56,428 nt of DNA from Clostridia bacterium (GCA_017415325.1 JAFQGY010000246.1:1-56428); one strand, 5' to 3'. Shown: positions 18,389 through 27,367, counted from the stretch's first letter. Notes: generated from the sequence alone by a model not told the origin. Made by a program: numbers and translations.

Positions 18389-19299
18389 GATTCTTCCCTC
18401 CGTTTCAGAGTGCTTTCCGGTTCCGTATTCTGCCACAGGGCAATCTTTTCCAGTATCCCGTCACAGAGAATCCGTCCGGCGGTATGGGGAGCGGTCTTTC
18501 CCGGCAGTCCCGGAGCACGGATCAGTCGGATGTGCGGCGGGATTTCCATGGCAGGCGGCAGACCGTGTGCCATCTCCACAAACACACAATTCTCCGGCAG
18601 GTTTTCCAGACAGGACGCCGTGAACACCGGAGCGGGAATGGTGTTGAACAGAATCCGGCAGGGCAGCGGATCCGCAAGAAATGCATCCAGAAGGACGGTT
18701 TCGCATCCGTCACAGGCTGCTTCCGCCAGAGCCGACTGCCGTCTTGCCGCCACAATCACCCTTGCGCCCAGCAGATGCAGCCGGTTTGCCAGTGCTCTGG
18801 CACATCTGCCGTATCCGGTGACAACGGCTGTGGTTTCCGGCAGGATCACTGGCAGTTCCCGGATGGCAATGGCAAGGGCACCTTCTGCGGTGGGTACGGC
18901 ATTGAGAGTCTGCACCGTATCGTCGGCATAATAGTCGAGAAACCGGACTGCATTTTCTTCCGCCATCCGGAGTACCACAGGCGGAATGATCCCTCCCAGC
19001 AGCAGACTTCCGGGACGCAGAAAACGGCACAGGGCTTCCAGCGGGACCGTCTGGTTGGCGTGGGGATCGGCCGAAAGGGTTTCTCCGTCTCTGGTGACGG
19101 GAATGGGCAGGATCCCCACCTGGGCGCCGGACATGGCCTCCTGCCAGGTTTTGGTACCGTGGGCATACGATGGAATCTGTACATCCGTGGTGCCCCAGAC
19201 CGACAAAGTACTGTCCGGCAGAGCACGGTGGAGCCCATGGAGTATGGTTTCTGTCCGCCTGTCTCCGCCCAGTATCGCAATTTTGTGTATGGTTCGCAT
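18385..19299 (-). CDS. dpaA: dipicolinate synthase subunit A
   Basis: The VVTGYGRCARALANRLHLLGARV Rossmann motif and the overall layout fit SpoVFA. AGGGGGA RBS. Confidence 0.85.
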   Translation of the reverse strand: MRTIHKIAILGGDRRTETILHGLHRALPDSTLSVWGTTDVQIPSYAHGTKTWQEAMSGAQVGILPIPVTRDGETLSADPHANQTVPLEALCRFLRPGSLLLGGIIPPVVLRMAEENAVRFLDYYADDTVQTLNAVPTAEGALAIAIRELPVILPETTAVVTGYGRCARALANRLHLLGARVIVAARRQSALAEAACDGCETVLLDAFLADPLPCRILFNTIPAPVFTASCLENLPENCVFVEMAHGLPPAMEIPPHIRLIRAPGLPGKTAPHTAGRILCDGILEKIALWQNTEPESTLKRREES

Positions 19300-19311
19300 A
19301 AATCCCCCTGT

Positions 19312-19448
19312 GAAAAATAAGAGATAAGATGTCAGAAATTAAAAGTACAGCGGCATCCTCTGCTGTTTCAGTATATGCAGAACAGCACCGGCAGGGATAC
19401 GGTTTTCCCGAGGCAGTAAAATATTCTGCATTTTTTCAGAAATTTTTC
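19312..19448. repeat. second ~137-bp copy of the AT-rich palindromic element (good left arm, degenerate right arm), lying in the dpaA 5' region just upstream of the padR promoter
   Basis: 19312-19347 (GAAAAATAAGAGATAAGATGTCAGAAATTAAAAGTA) matches 12479-12514 at about 31 of 35 positions. It is followed by a CAGCGG..CTGCTG hairpin. The degenerate right arm ATATTCTGCATTTTTTCAGAAATTTTTCC (about 19418-19448) resembles the plus-strand form of the 8511-8547 copy. Confidence 0.55.
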
Positions 19449-19457
19449 CATACCCCC

Positions 19458-19515
19458 TTGACAAATATATCGGCTTCCGTTATACTATAGATACGATATA
19501 TCGGCATCCGTTATA
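19458..19515 (+). promoter_or_regulatory. padR promoter with two 20-bp direct-repeat candidate operators
   Basis: TTGACA (19458-19463) - 17 nt - TATACT (19481-19486). ATATATCGGCTTCCGTTATA (19465-19484) and ATATATCGGCATCCGTTATA (19496-19515) are 31 bp apart. Each has inverted half-sites ATATCGG / CCGTTAT. Confidence 0.55.
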
Positions 19516-19537
19516 ACGGTTCACGAAAGAGGTATAT

Positions 19538-19870
19538 ATGGCAAATCAGGCATTGACGGAAGCGGTGTATTACATCCTGCTTTCTCTCACAGACCCTCTC
19601 CACGGGTACGGCATCATGCAGAATGTGGAAAAACTCTCCGGCGGCAGAGTGCGGCTGGCAGCGGGAACCCTGTACGGGGCACTCAATACCCTGCTGGAAA
19701 AAGGATGGATCACGGCGCTGCCCGGAGAAAAAGATACCCGGAAAAAAGAATATCAGATTACAGCGGAAGGACGAATGGCACTGCTGGATGAGATTGCCAG
19801 ACTGACGGAACTGCTGGAAAACGGAAAGAAACTATTCGGAGGAAAAAGCAATGCGGAAGACAGTTTATAA
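19538..19870 (+). CDS. PadR family transcriptional regulator
   Basis: The YYILLSL...HGYGIMQ...GTLYGALNTLLEKGWI winged-helix signature fits PadR. Confidence 0.85.
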   Translation: MANQALTEAVYYILLSLTDPLHGYGIMQNVEKLSGGRVRLAAGTLYGALNTLLEKGWITALPGEKDTRKKEYQITAEGRMALLDEIARLTELLENGKKLFGGKSNAEDSL

Positions 19871-20393
19871 ATGGTTCTGGGCATGGGAATTCGACAAGGA
19901 AGAAAAATGGCTGAACGAAATGGCGGCAAAGGGACTGACCCTGTCTTCCATGCATTTCAACAAATACATTTTTGAAGAAACGGAACCGGGGGAATATCAG
20001 GTGCGGATCGAGCTGCTGGACAATGCGCCCACCCATGCGGAAAGCGAATCCTATATCCGCTTTGTGGAGGAAACCGGCGCGGAACAGGTGGCATCCTGGA
20101 TCAACTGGGTGTACTTCCGGAAGAAGACCGCCGACGGGCCTTTTGAGCTGTTCTCGGACAATACCTCCCGGATCAAGATGCTGAACCGGGTGATTTCCCT
20201 GCTGACCACCCTTGGAGTTCTGTGCCTGATCGCCGGGGGATACAATCTGTTCCTGTATTTCCTGTGGGGTCACGCCGTCAGCCTGGTCGGACTGCTTCCC
20301 CTTGCCGTTTCGGTACTTCTGGGTCTGGGTATGCGGCGGCTGCAGAAGAAGAAAAAGCTGCTGCAGAAGGAAGAACAGGTATTTGATGCCTGA
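19851..20393 (+). CDS. DUF2812 membrane protein (typical PadR partner)
   Basis: The WEFDKEEKWLNEMAAKG N-terminus and two C-terminal TM helices fit the family. It overlaps padR by 20 nt. Confidence 0.75.
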   Translation: MRKTVYKWFWAWEFDKEEKWLNEMAAKGLTLSSMHFNKYIFEETEPGEYQVRIELLDNAPTHAESESYIRFVEETGAEQVASWINWVYFRKKTADGPFELFSDNTSRIKMLNRVISLLTTLGVLCLIAGGYNLFLYFLWGHAVSLVGLLPLAVSVLLGLGMRRLQKKKKLLQKEEQVFDA

Positions 20394-20400
20394 GACAAAC

Positions 20401-20460
20401 ACAAAAAGAACCGGCGTCATCCCGCATGTACAGGGGAGATTCCGGTTCCTTTGTTTTGTT
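20401..20460. terminator. bidirectional terminator between convergent genes
   Basis: AAAGAACCGG (20405-20414) pairs with CCGGTTCCTTT (20442-20452). A- and T-rich flanks. Confidence 0.6.
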
Positions 20461-20465
20461 CGGCT

Positions 20466-21614
20466 TTAATACAGGTAATACGATCTGGTCATATTCTGCC
20501 ACACGGCGACCTTTTCGGCTTCCCTTGCGATAAACCGTTCCGCATCGAAATCCGCCTGCAGAATGTCGTCCGTACCCAGCAGATTGGCGATGGACGGCCG
20601 CATGACAGTTTCTTCCGGATGGTTTTTCAGTATGGCGCAGAAAATCCGCAGTCCGGTGGCAAAGGGGCGGTAGGCATCCCGGTCATGGATATGCAGCTGC
20701 ACACCATGGCAGAGCTGTCCCGCATGCTTGGAGAAGGTGGGGGTGAAATACGCTTCCCTGAGATACACACCGGGCTGTTCACCGACGGCATCCAGCAGGG
20801 CCCGGACATCCACCCAGGGCGCTCCCAGAATCTCAAAAGGCTTGGTGGTTCCCCGCCCTTCGGAAAGGTTGGTGCCCTCGATGATGCAGGTGCCGATATA
20901 GCTGTAGGCCGTATCGACTGTGGGCAGATTGGGGCTGGGCTGGACAAAGAGCAGGTCGGTGTCGTCAAAGTCCATGGCCCGCTGCCAGCCTTCACAGGGG
21001 ATCACATGAAGGTCACAGCCGATTTTCTCTGTTTCATTGATACAGAGGGCAAATTCCCCTACCGTCAGACCGGAACGGGTTGCTGTGGGATACCGGCCCA
21101 CAAAGGTGGAGAACCGTCTGTCCAGTATGGTGCCTTCCACCCGGGTTCCGCCGATGGGATTGGGTCTGTCCAGCACTACAAAGCGTACCCCGGCAGCGGC
21201 ACAGCGGATCATGGCGTCGGTCATGGTATACTGGTAGGTATAGAACCGGGCGCCGATGTCCTGGATGTCAAAAAAGATGGTATCCAGAGAAGTCATGACC
21301 TTTTCCGCATCTGCCAGTCCTTTGCCATAAAAGCTGTACACCGGAAGACCTGTGGATGTGTCGATATAGAAAGATTCCACTTCTCCCCCGGCCTGTGCAT
21401 CGCCCCGGACACCGTGCTCCGGTCCGAACATCGCCTGCAGATCACACACCTGCACCAGCATATCCACTGTGGAAGTCATGTTTTTCAGCACACCCGTAGG
21501 ATTTGTAATCAGCCCGCATCTGCCGGGATCCTGTACACCTGCCCGCCGGAGAGCCGCCATACCGTCCCGTGCCAATATGTCTGCACCGCAGTATACTACA
21601 GCTTTGTTCTTCAT
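20466..21614 (-). CDS. namZ: DUF1343 / NamZ-family exo-beta-N-acetylmuramidase
   Basis: FGPEHG..G and DIQDIGARFYTY motifs and the LDRPNP motif are typical of DUF1343 (B. subtilis YbbC/NamZ). ATGA overlap with the upstream gene. Start set at MKNK (21614). Confidence 0.8.
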   Translation of the reverse strand: MKNKAVVYCGADILARDGMAALRRAGVQDPGRCGLITNPTGVLKNMTSTVDMLVQVCDLQAMFGPEHGVRGDAQAGGEVESFYIDTSTGLPVYSFYGKGLADAEKVMTSLDTIFFDIQDIGARFYTYQYTMTDAMIRCAAAGVRFVVLDRPNPIGGTRVEGTILDRRFSTFVGRYPTATRSGLTVGEFALCINETEKIGCDLHVIPCEGWQRAMDFDDTDLLFVQPSPNLPTVDTAYSYIGTCIIEGTNLSEGRGTTKPFEILGAPWVDVRALLDAVGEQPGVYLREAYFTPTFSKHAGQLCHGVQLHIHDRDAYRPFATGLRIFCAILKNHPEETVMRPSIANLLGTDDILQADFDAERFIAREAEKVAVWQNMTRSYYLY

Positions 21615-22696
21615 CGGATATCCCCCGCTGCCAGATGGCGTTCGTATTCTGTGGTCATCAGATTGTAGAACTTCCGCCGGATGGGATAGGAAGCGTCCCG
21701 GTTGTTCCGGCCGTAGTGCACGGAGTTGGTCAGCAGGATTCCCCACAGACCGGTTTCGCTGTCCACATACAGACTGGTGCCGGTGAATCCGGTATGGCCG
21801 TAGCTGCCCTGGGACATCAGATCTCCCATAGGCGACCACTGGGTTCCCATCAGCTGAAAGCCCAGTCCCCGGGATTCATCCAGTGTGGGCGTAAAGTTGT
21901 GCACCGCCAGATCGAACACACGGCGGGTCAGGAACAGTTCGCCGTTCTTTGTTTTCCCCCGCTCTGCACACATCCCGGCAAAAGCGATCATGTCATCCAG
22001 TGTGGAGAACACCCCCGCATTGCCGGAGACACCGCCCAGATAGTGTGCGTTTTCGTCATGCACATGCCCGGTGGTCCATTCATGCCAGTGGGGACTGAAC
22101 TCTGTGGCGGCAAAATCATTGTCCTGCGCCGGTTTGTATCCGGTATGCTTCATCCCCAGCGGATCGAACACCAGCCGCTTTGCCAGTGTGTCCAGCCCTT
22201 CCCCGGCGATGTTTTCCAGAATCCTCTGGAGGGTGATGTATCCCATGCAGGAGTAGTACACCTCTTCCCCAATTTTGCAGACAGGTTCGGAGTTCAGGAT
22301 GGTTTCGATGGGATCCGCCGCAGTGCCGTCCTCCTTCGGACAGAGGGTATACAGGGGCAGATGGGGGGAGATCCCGGCGGTATGGGTCATGAGATGGCGG
22401 ATCTGCACACCCCGGAAGTTGCCCGAGGAAGGCAGGTACATCCCGATGGTGTCTCTGAGACAGAGCTTTCCGTCTTCCAGGAATTGCAGTGCCACCATGG
22501 TGGTGGACACCAGCTTGGACAGGGACGCCAGGTCAAAGAGCGTGTTTTCCGTCAGGGGCAGTTCCGTGGGTTCGATCTGCCGTCTGCCGAGAAACTCCCG
22601 GAGATACACATCGTACCCGCGCCCCACAGCCACCGCCGCACAGGGGTAGCCCACATCACTCCCGCCCGCAAGACAGGCCAAGGTTTTTTCAACCAT
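21611..22696 (-). CDS. serine hydrolase of the beta-lactamase/transpeptidase fold (AmiE-like candidate MurNAc-L-Ala amidase)
   Basis: SLSK (SxxK) motif, YSC (YxN-like) motif and a GHTGFTG (KTG-like) motif. Its position in a murQ/namZ cluster parallels B. subtilis amiE. Confidence 0.75.
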   Translation of the reverse strand: MVEKTLACLAGGSDVGYPCAAVAVGRGYDVYLREFLGRRQIEPTELPLTENTLFDLASLSKLVSTTMVALQFLEDGKLCLRDTIGMYLPSSGNFRGVQIRHLMTHTAGISPHLPLYTLCPKEDGTAADPIETILNSEPVCKIGEEVYYSCMGYITLQRILENIAGEGLDTLAKRLVFDPLGMKHTGYKPAQDNDFAATEFSPHWHEWTTGHVHDENAHYLGGVSGNAGVFSTLDDMIAFAGMCAERGKTKNGELFLTRRVFDLAVHNFTPTLDESRGLGFQLMGTQWSPMGDLMSQGSYGHTGFTGTSLYVDSETGLWGILLTNSVHYGRNNRDASYPIRRKFYNLMTTEYERHLAAGDIR

Positions 22697-22702
22697 AGAT
22701 CA

Positions 22703-23314
22703 TCACTCCGTTATTTGTTTTCTTCTGCGGACTGCCGATTCCACCCACCATACGATCCATGCCAGAAGCACAGCCCCGGAAGGCGGAACCGTCAGGATCC
22801 CTACAAACAGTGCGCCCAGTGTATCCCATCCGCTGAAGAGATCGAAAAAATCAAAATATACATATACCGTAAATAACAATTCCAGCAGGCAGATGTATAC
22901 GGGAATACACCGGACAACGGTATTTTTTACATTCCGGCAGAGAAGATACTGCACAATCCCATGTACAAACGGCATGAGAATCACGAACCCATAGGCAGCC
23001 AGTTCTTCATGGAGCTTTGGTTCGTTCTGTACCAAAAATCCGCAGAGCAGTCCCAGTCCCGCCAGAATGAAAAACAAACCGGTTCCCTGCAGGATACGCT
23101 TTCCTGCCCGGCGCTGTACCGGTATCTCCGGCAGCCACACCCCCAGCAGTAGGTGGATGTAGCCTATCAGGATTCCGGCAAATTTTCCTATCTGAAAGAC
23201 TACTTCTCCCTTCCATCGAAGTACAGGATACGTCGGCAAAACCACAAGGGCGGCGGCTGCCAGTATCGTACCGGCCAGCAGAACAAAGTCTTTCCACAAC
23301 AGTTTTTTTCGCAT
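22703..23314 (-). CDS. small polytopic membrane protein of unknown function
   Basis: About 6 hydrophobic helices. GGAGGG RBS in front of the ATG at 23314. Confidence 0.6.
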   Translation of the reverse strand: MRKKLLWKDFVLLAGTILAAAALVVLPTYPVLRWKGEVVFQIGKFAGILIGYIHLLLGVWLPEIPVQRRAGKRILQGTGLFFILAGLGLLCGFLVQNEPKLHEELAAYGFVILMPFVHGIVQYLLCRNVKNTVVRCIPVYICLLELLFTVYVYFDFFDLFSGWDTLGALFVGILTVPPSGAVLLAWIVWWVESAVRRRKQITE

Positions 23315-23363
23315 AAAACCCTCCTGTCTCATAAACAGCGGGGTCATTTTCCTGTGCTGTCGC

Positions 23364-24254
23364 TTATTTCCGGTTTTCCCTGCAGTACGCCCAGGCACCC
23401 ATCACCGGGTCAAAGGGTTCCATACACAGCACCGATGCCGGCAGATGTTCCCGTTCCGTCAGCGCTTCTCTGTACGCACGCCGAAACCAGGACAGATTCC
23501 CGATGCATCCGCCGCTGGTGTGGATCTCTTCCGTTGTAAAGCCCATGCGTCTGTATAGAACGGCCGTCCATCCGGCAAGGGCATGGGCTTCTGCGAGCAG
23601 CACCGATTTTGCGTATCCGTTTCCTGCACGGGCCAGTGTATCGGCAACCCCCGCCAGTCTGGCAATATCGGATTTCGGATGGCTGTAGACATAGGCCACC
23701 ATTTCCCGCCAGTCGGATACGCCAAGGGCTTCGTATACGGCATGTTCCAGCTCCGGTACATGGGTGCGGGTGTCGATGCATTCGGTCAGCACCGTCAGCA
23801 GTCTGTAGCCGATGTTTGCACCGCTGCCGTGTTCGCCCAGAAGATGTCCCCAGCCGCCGCAGCGTTCCAGCACACCGTTTTTCTTCCCCTGGATCACGGA
23901 ACCGGTGCCGGAGATCACCAGCAGACCATCCTTTTCCCCCAGTGCGCCGTAAATGGCCAGGGGGCCGTCGGAAGTCACATATGCCGGAATCCCGAAATGA
24001 TTTTCCAGACTCCGCATCAGTTTTTCCGCATAGTCAGCAGATCCTGCTCCCGCTGCTCCTACCACAATGGCTTCCGGCAGTGTTTCCGGCATACATCCGG
24101 CAATGGCGTCGGTGATATTTTTCTCCGCTTCCGCAAAGTCCAGCGTCAGGTTCCCGCATCCGGTAATCTTTTCCCGCAGGATGGTGTTTTCTTCATCCAG
24201 CAGTACCGCCCGGGTTTTGGTTCCGCCCGCATCCACAGAAAGGATTGTTTTCAT
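23364..24254 (-). CDS. BadF/BadG/BcrA/BcrD-type sugar kinase (MurNAc/GlcNAc kinase MurK-like)
   Basis: The LSVDAGGTKTR and ISGTGS ATPase motifs are present. It starts 7 nt after the murQ stop, with a GAGGTG RBS overlapping that stop. Confidence 0.75.
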   Translation of the reverse strand: MKTILSVDAGGTKTRAVLLDEENTILREKITGCGNLTLDFAEAEKNITDAIAGCMPETLPEAIVVGAAGAGSADYAEKLMRSLENHFGIPAYVTSDGPLAIYGALGEKDGLLVISGTGSVIQGKKNGVLERCGGWGHLLGEHGSGANIGYRLLTVLTECIDTRTHVPELEHAVYEALGVSDWREMVAYVYSHPKSDIARLAGVADTLARAGNGYAKSVLLAEAHALAGWTAVLYRRMGFTTEEIHTSGGCIGNLSWFRRAYREALTEREHLPASVLCMEPFDPVMGAWAYCRENRK

Positions 24255-24261
24255 ACACACC

Positions 24262-25092
24262 TCACTGCAGCAGGGAGAGAATTGCCTTTTTGGCACTGCC
24301 TCCTGCTTCCGTCAGAGCCGCCTGCGCCGTTTCTGCGTCCACGTCCGCCGCTTCCATCACAATCCGCAGAGCACGGGCACGCAGCTTGTCGTTGGTTGCC
24401 TGTACATCCACCATCAGATTGCCCATGACCTTGCCGCAGCGGATAAACGCACCGGTGGACAGCATATTCAGCACCATTTTCTGGGCAGTCCCCGCCTTCA
24501 TACGGGTGGATCCGGTGACCACTTCCGGGCCGGTGACCACTTCCACGGGAATATCCGCCAGGGCAGAAATTTCCGCCGGACTGGTACAGGCGACAGATCC
24601 GGTTACGGCACCGATGGAACGGGCATAGGCAAGACCGCCCTTTACATAGGGAGTCCGTCCCGATGCGGCAACCCCCACAAGGAAGTCATCCTTGCAGAAG
24701 TTTATAGCCCGCAGTTCTTCCTCCGCCAGCGTCAGGGAATCCTCTGCCCCTTCCACAGCGGAAAACATGGCGCCCATCCCCCCGGCGATCAGACCCACGA
24801 TGGTGTTATCATCCACGCCATAGGTGGGACGGCATTCGGCGGCGTCGATAACCCCCAGTCTCCCGGAGGTACCGGCACCGATGTAGATCAGTCTGCCGCC
24901 GTGCTGCAGAGCATATGCAGCCGCTTCAATCTGTTTTGCAATCTGTCCCGATGCTTTTTCCACCGCATCCGCCACCGTTTTGTCTTCGGCGTTGATGATG
25001 CGGACAATCTCCTCGGGAGAGGCGGTATCAATATGGGCCGACCGGGGATTTCTCCCTTCGGTAGCCAGTTTTTTCAGTTCGTTCAGTTCCAT
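24262..25092 (-). CDS. murQ: N-acetylmuramic acid 6-phosphate etherase
   Basis: LATEGRNPRS..IDT at the N-terminus, plus the SIS motifs GAGTSGRLG and ASGRTPY. Confidence 0.9.
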   Translation of the reverse strand: MELNELKKLATEGRNPRSAHIDTASPEEIVRIINAEDKTVADAVEKASGQIAKQIEAAAYALQHGGRLIYIGAGTSGRLGVIDAAECRPTYGVDDNTIVGLIAGGMGAMFSAVEGAEDSLTLAEEELRAINFCKDDFLVGVAASGRTPYVKGGLAYARSIGAVTGSVACTSPAEISALADIPVEVVTGPEVVTGSTRMKAGTAQKMVLNMLSTGAFIRCGKVMGNLMVDVQATNDKLRARALRIVMEAADVDAETAQAALTEAGGSAKKAILSLLQ

Positions 25093-25095
25093 GAC

Positions 25096-26865
25096 TCAAC
25101 CCAGATCCGGCGTATCCAGAGAGGTTACCACGCCGTTTTCCGCTCCGTCGCATTCCAGTACGATCACTTCGTTTTCCCCGGCCTTCAGCACCGTGGCAGG
25201 ACAGTACATGGTCTTCTGGGGGCCTGCATCGTTGTAGTACCGGCCCAGATGGAAGCCGTTCACCCATACGCAGCCGTGATGATACCCGTCCAGACGGATA
25301 AAGGTGTCCGCAGGTTCGTCCACAGTCATACTGCCCTTCAGCAGTACGGAACCTGTAAAGGTAGCATCCGCCCCATCGGCATAGGGCAGGCCTGTCAGGT
25401 TGTTGGGTTCGTCAAACTGGGGCATGGTGAGAGGGGTGATTTCCCAGCCGAAGTGATACTGCTGGCCGAAACGGATCCCTACAGCACCCTTGCGGTCCCG
25501 CATTCTGGGGCCGTAGTTCACTCTGCCCATGTTTTCTACCAGAATATCCACTTTGACAGATTCACCCACACCCAGGTTCAGCACGATATCCGGATTCCGG
25601 CGGTCTCTTTCAAAGATGCCCTTCAGCTGGCCGTCGAAGTATACACAGGCTCTGTCGTGGAGTACGTCAAAAATCAGCTTTGTTCCGGAAATGGGGCCTT
25701 TCACGATGGTGGAATACAGAGTGAATCCGAAGTTCTGGCCCAGGTCTTCCTGATACACGGGAGCCGGCAGCTTCACGGACTTGCCAAGCAGAGAAGCCAC
25801 TTCCAGCACCGGTACGGACTTATCGAATTTGATTTCGCCATAGCCTTTCTTGGGAGATTCGCTGGCGGTCAGCACGGTTTCCACACCGGTGAAGTCCCGG
25901 ATGGCATCCCGGACTGCATAATAAGCAGGGGTACGGTCGCCGGCTTCGGACAGAATGGCGTTGTAGTCGTAGCTGGTGATGGTGGGCTGGTATACATCGG
26001 TGTGGTTTGCGCCGTTCATCCAGCCGAAGTTGGTGCCGCCGTGGAACATATAATAGTTGCAGGACGCACCGTCTTCCAACATTTCCTTAAAAGGATTCAC
26101 CATATCGTCCACAGCCCGTACATGGTGTTCTTCGTACCAGTGGTCGAACCAGCCGCACCAGTATTCACCGCACATACAGGGCTCGTAGGGACGATAGAAT
26201 TTCAGGGTCTTGAAGTTGCCTCTGGGATTGGAGCCGAAGTTGGCCACAGACAGATACTGGGGCAGAGTCCCGCCGTTCAGCATCCAGTCGCAGGCACCGT
26301 CGGAGGTAAACAGGCAGCAGTCCACGCCCAGATCCCGGTAGATGTCGGCCACAGCCTGCATATAGTCATGGTCGTTGCCGTAGCTGCCGTATTCGTTTTC
26401 GATCTGCACCATCTGGATCGGCCCGCCCTTGGTAGACAGCAGAGGCCCGATCTGGTCAAACAGGGCTTCGTAATACCGGCGCACCTTGCCCAGATATTCC
26501 GGATCGTTGCAGCGGATGGGCATCTTGTCGTACTTCAGCAGCCATGCCGGCAGTCCGCCGAATTCCCACTCGGAACAGATATACGGCCCGGGACGCACGA
26601 TTACATTCAGTCCCAGTTCCCCTGCCAGACGGATGTAGGCCGCGATGTCCAGCATACCGGTGAAGTTGAACACGCCTTCTTCCCGTTCGTGCAGGTTCCA
26701 GCAGGTATAGGTTTCCAGGGTATTGAAACCGCATTCCTTCAGCTTGGTCAGTCTGTCCCGCCAGTATTCCCGGGGAATCCGGAAGTAGTGCATGGCACCG
26801 GACAGAATGGTATAGGGTTTGCCGTCCATGAGGAAGTTTTTCTTGTCGTAAGATATGATAGCCAT
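25096..26865 (-). CDS. glycoside hydrolase family 35 (beta-galactosidase-type)
   Basis: GAMHYFRIP..W.DRL.K.K..GFNT.ETY..WNLHE, QIENEYG and CGEYW motifs. Its stop is 3 nt upstream of the murQ ATG. Start set at MAIISY (26865). Confidence 0.85.
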   Translation of the reverse strand: MAIISYDKKNFLMDGKPYTILSGAMHYFRIPREYWRDRLTKLKECGFNTLETYTCWNLHEREEGVFNFTGMLDIAAYIRLAGELGLNVIVRPGPYICSEWEFGGLPAWLLKYDKMPIRCNDPEYLGKVRRYYEALFDQIGPLLSTKGGPIQMVQIENEYGSYGNDHDYMQAVADIYRDLGVDCCLFTSDGACDWMLNGGTLPQYLSVANFGSNPRGNFKTLKFYRPYEPCMCGEYWCGWFDHWYEEHHVRAVDDMVNPFKEMLEDGASCNYYMFHGGTNFGWMNGANHTDVYQPTITSYDYNAILSEAGDRTPAYYAVRDAIRDFTGVETVLTASESPKKGYGEIKFDKSVPVLEVASLLGKSVKLPAPVYQEDLGQNFGFTLYSTIVKGPISGTKLIFDVLHDRACVYFDGQLKGIFERDRRNPDIVLNLGVGESVKVDILVENMGRVNYGPRMRDRKGAVGIRFGQQYHFGWEITPLTMPQFDEPNNLTGLPYADGADATFTGSVLLKGSMTVDEPADTFIRLDGYHHGCVWVNGFHLGRYYNDAGPQKTMYCPATVLKAGENEVIVLECDGAENGVVTSLDTPDLG

Positions 26866-26918
26866 ATGGTTTCTCCTGTCGGTTGATTTTGATTTTGGAT
26901 AGAAATCACTCTGGTAAG

Positions 26919-26947
26919 AGTATACCATGAATCGGCAGAGAATGCAA
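26919..26947 (-). promoter_or_regulatory. candidate promoter of the GH35-murQ operon
   Basis: Minus strand reads TTGCAT - 17 nt - TATACT. Confidence 0.45.
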
Positions 26948-27046
26948 TGGAGAAACGCTTCTTTTTCCCGGAAAATCCACGGGCAGGCGTACAATCTTGT
27001 TTATTCTGTATTCGTGAAAGGGTGTATTTTCATGCAAGTTAACCAG

Positions 27047-27075
27047 TTGACAAGTCCACAAAATTTTGGTATACT
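27047..27075 (+). promoter_or_regulatory. sigma-A promoter driving the T-box leader
   Basis: TTGACA (27047-27052) - 17 nt - TATACT (27070-27075). Confidence 0.65.
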
Positions 27076-27081
27076 CTCTCT

Positions 27082-27367
27082 ATCCAAATCGTAAATGCGA
27101 TTACGGGGAAACGGAACGGATAACATACCGTACAGAGAGCTGCCGGTGGGTGCAAGGCAGAGTGGCATACATCCGGTTCCTCTGGTCCCCCAGCAGCAGA
27201 TCTGAACGCAGGCTTCTGCCAGTAAAATCTGACGGGTTCCCACCGTTACATGGGAAAGGCATCGTGTTGTGCCTGTTAAGTGGGTATTTTACTGCCAATC
27301 AGAGTGGTACCACGGGAGCATTCAGCCCTCGTCTCTGTCGGTTTTCCGATGGGGATGAGGTTTTTTT
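27082..27367 (+). promoter_or_regulatory. T-box riboswitch leader (tRNA-sensing transcription attenuator)
   Basis: Stem I distal signatures: AGAGAG (27134-27139), then a CUGCC/GGCAG stem closing a GGUGGGUGCAA loop. T-box sequence AAUCAGAGUGGUACCACGGGAG at 27297-27318. Terminator CCUCGUC..GAUGAGG plus U7 at 27327-27367. Confidence 0.8.

Noticed and set aside
24067-26886. A 939-aa plus-strand ORF runs antisense across part of murK, murQ and GH35. It looks remarkable because it crosses gene boundaries.
   Set aside because: GH35 and murQ happen to share the same codon phase (lowest codon coordinate = 1 mod 3). The exact-antisense frame therefore stays open across both. The composition is shadow-ORF-like, and all three sense genes carry strong family motifs.
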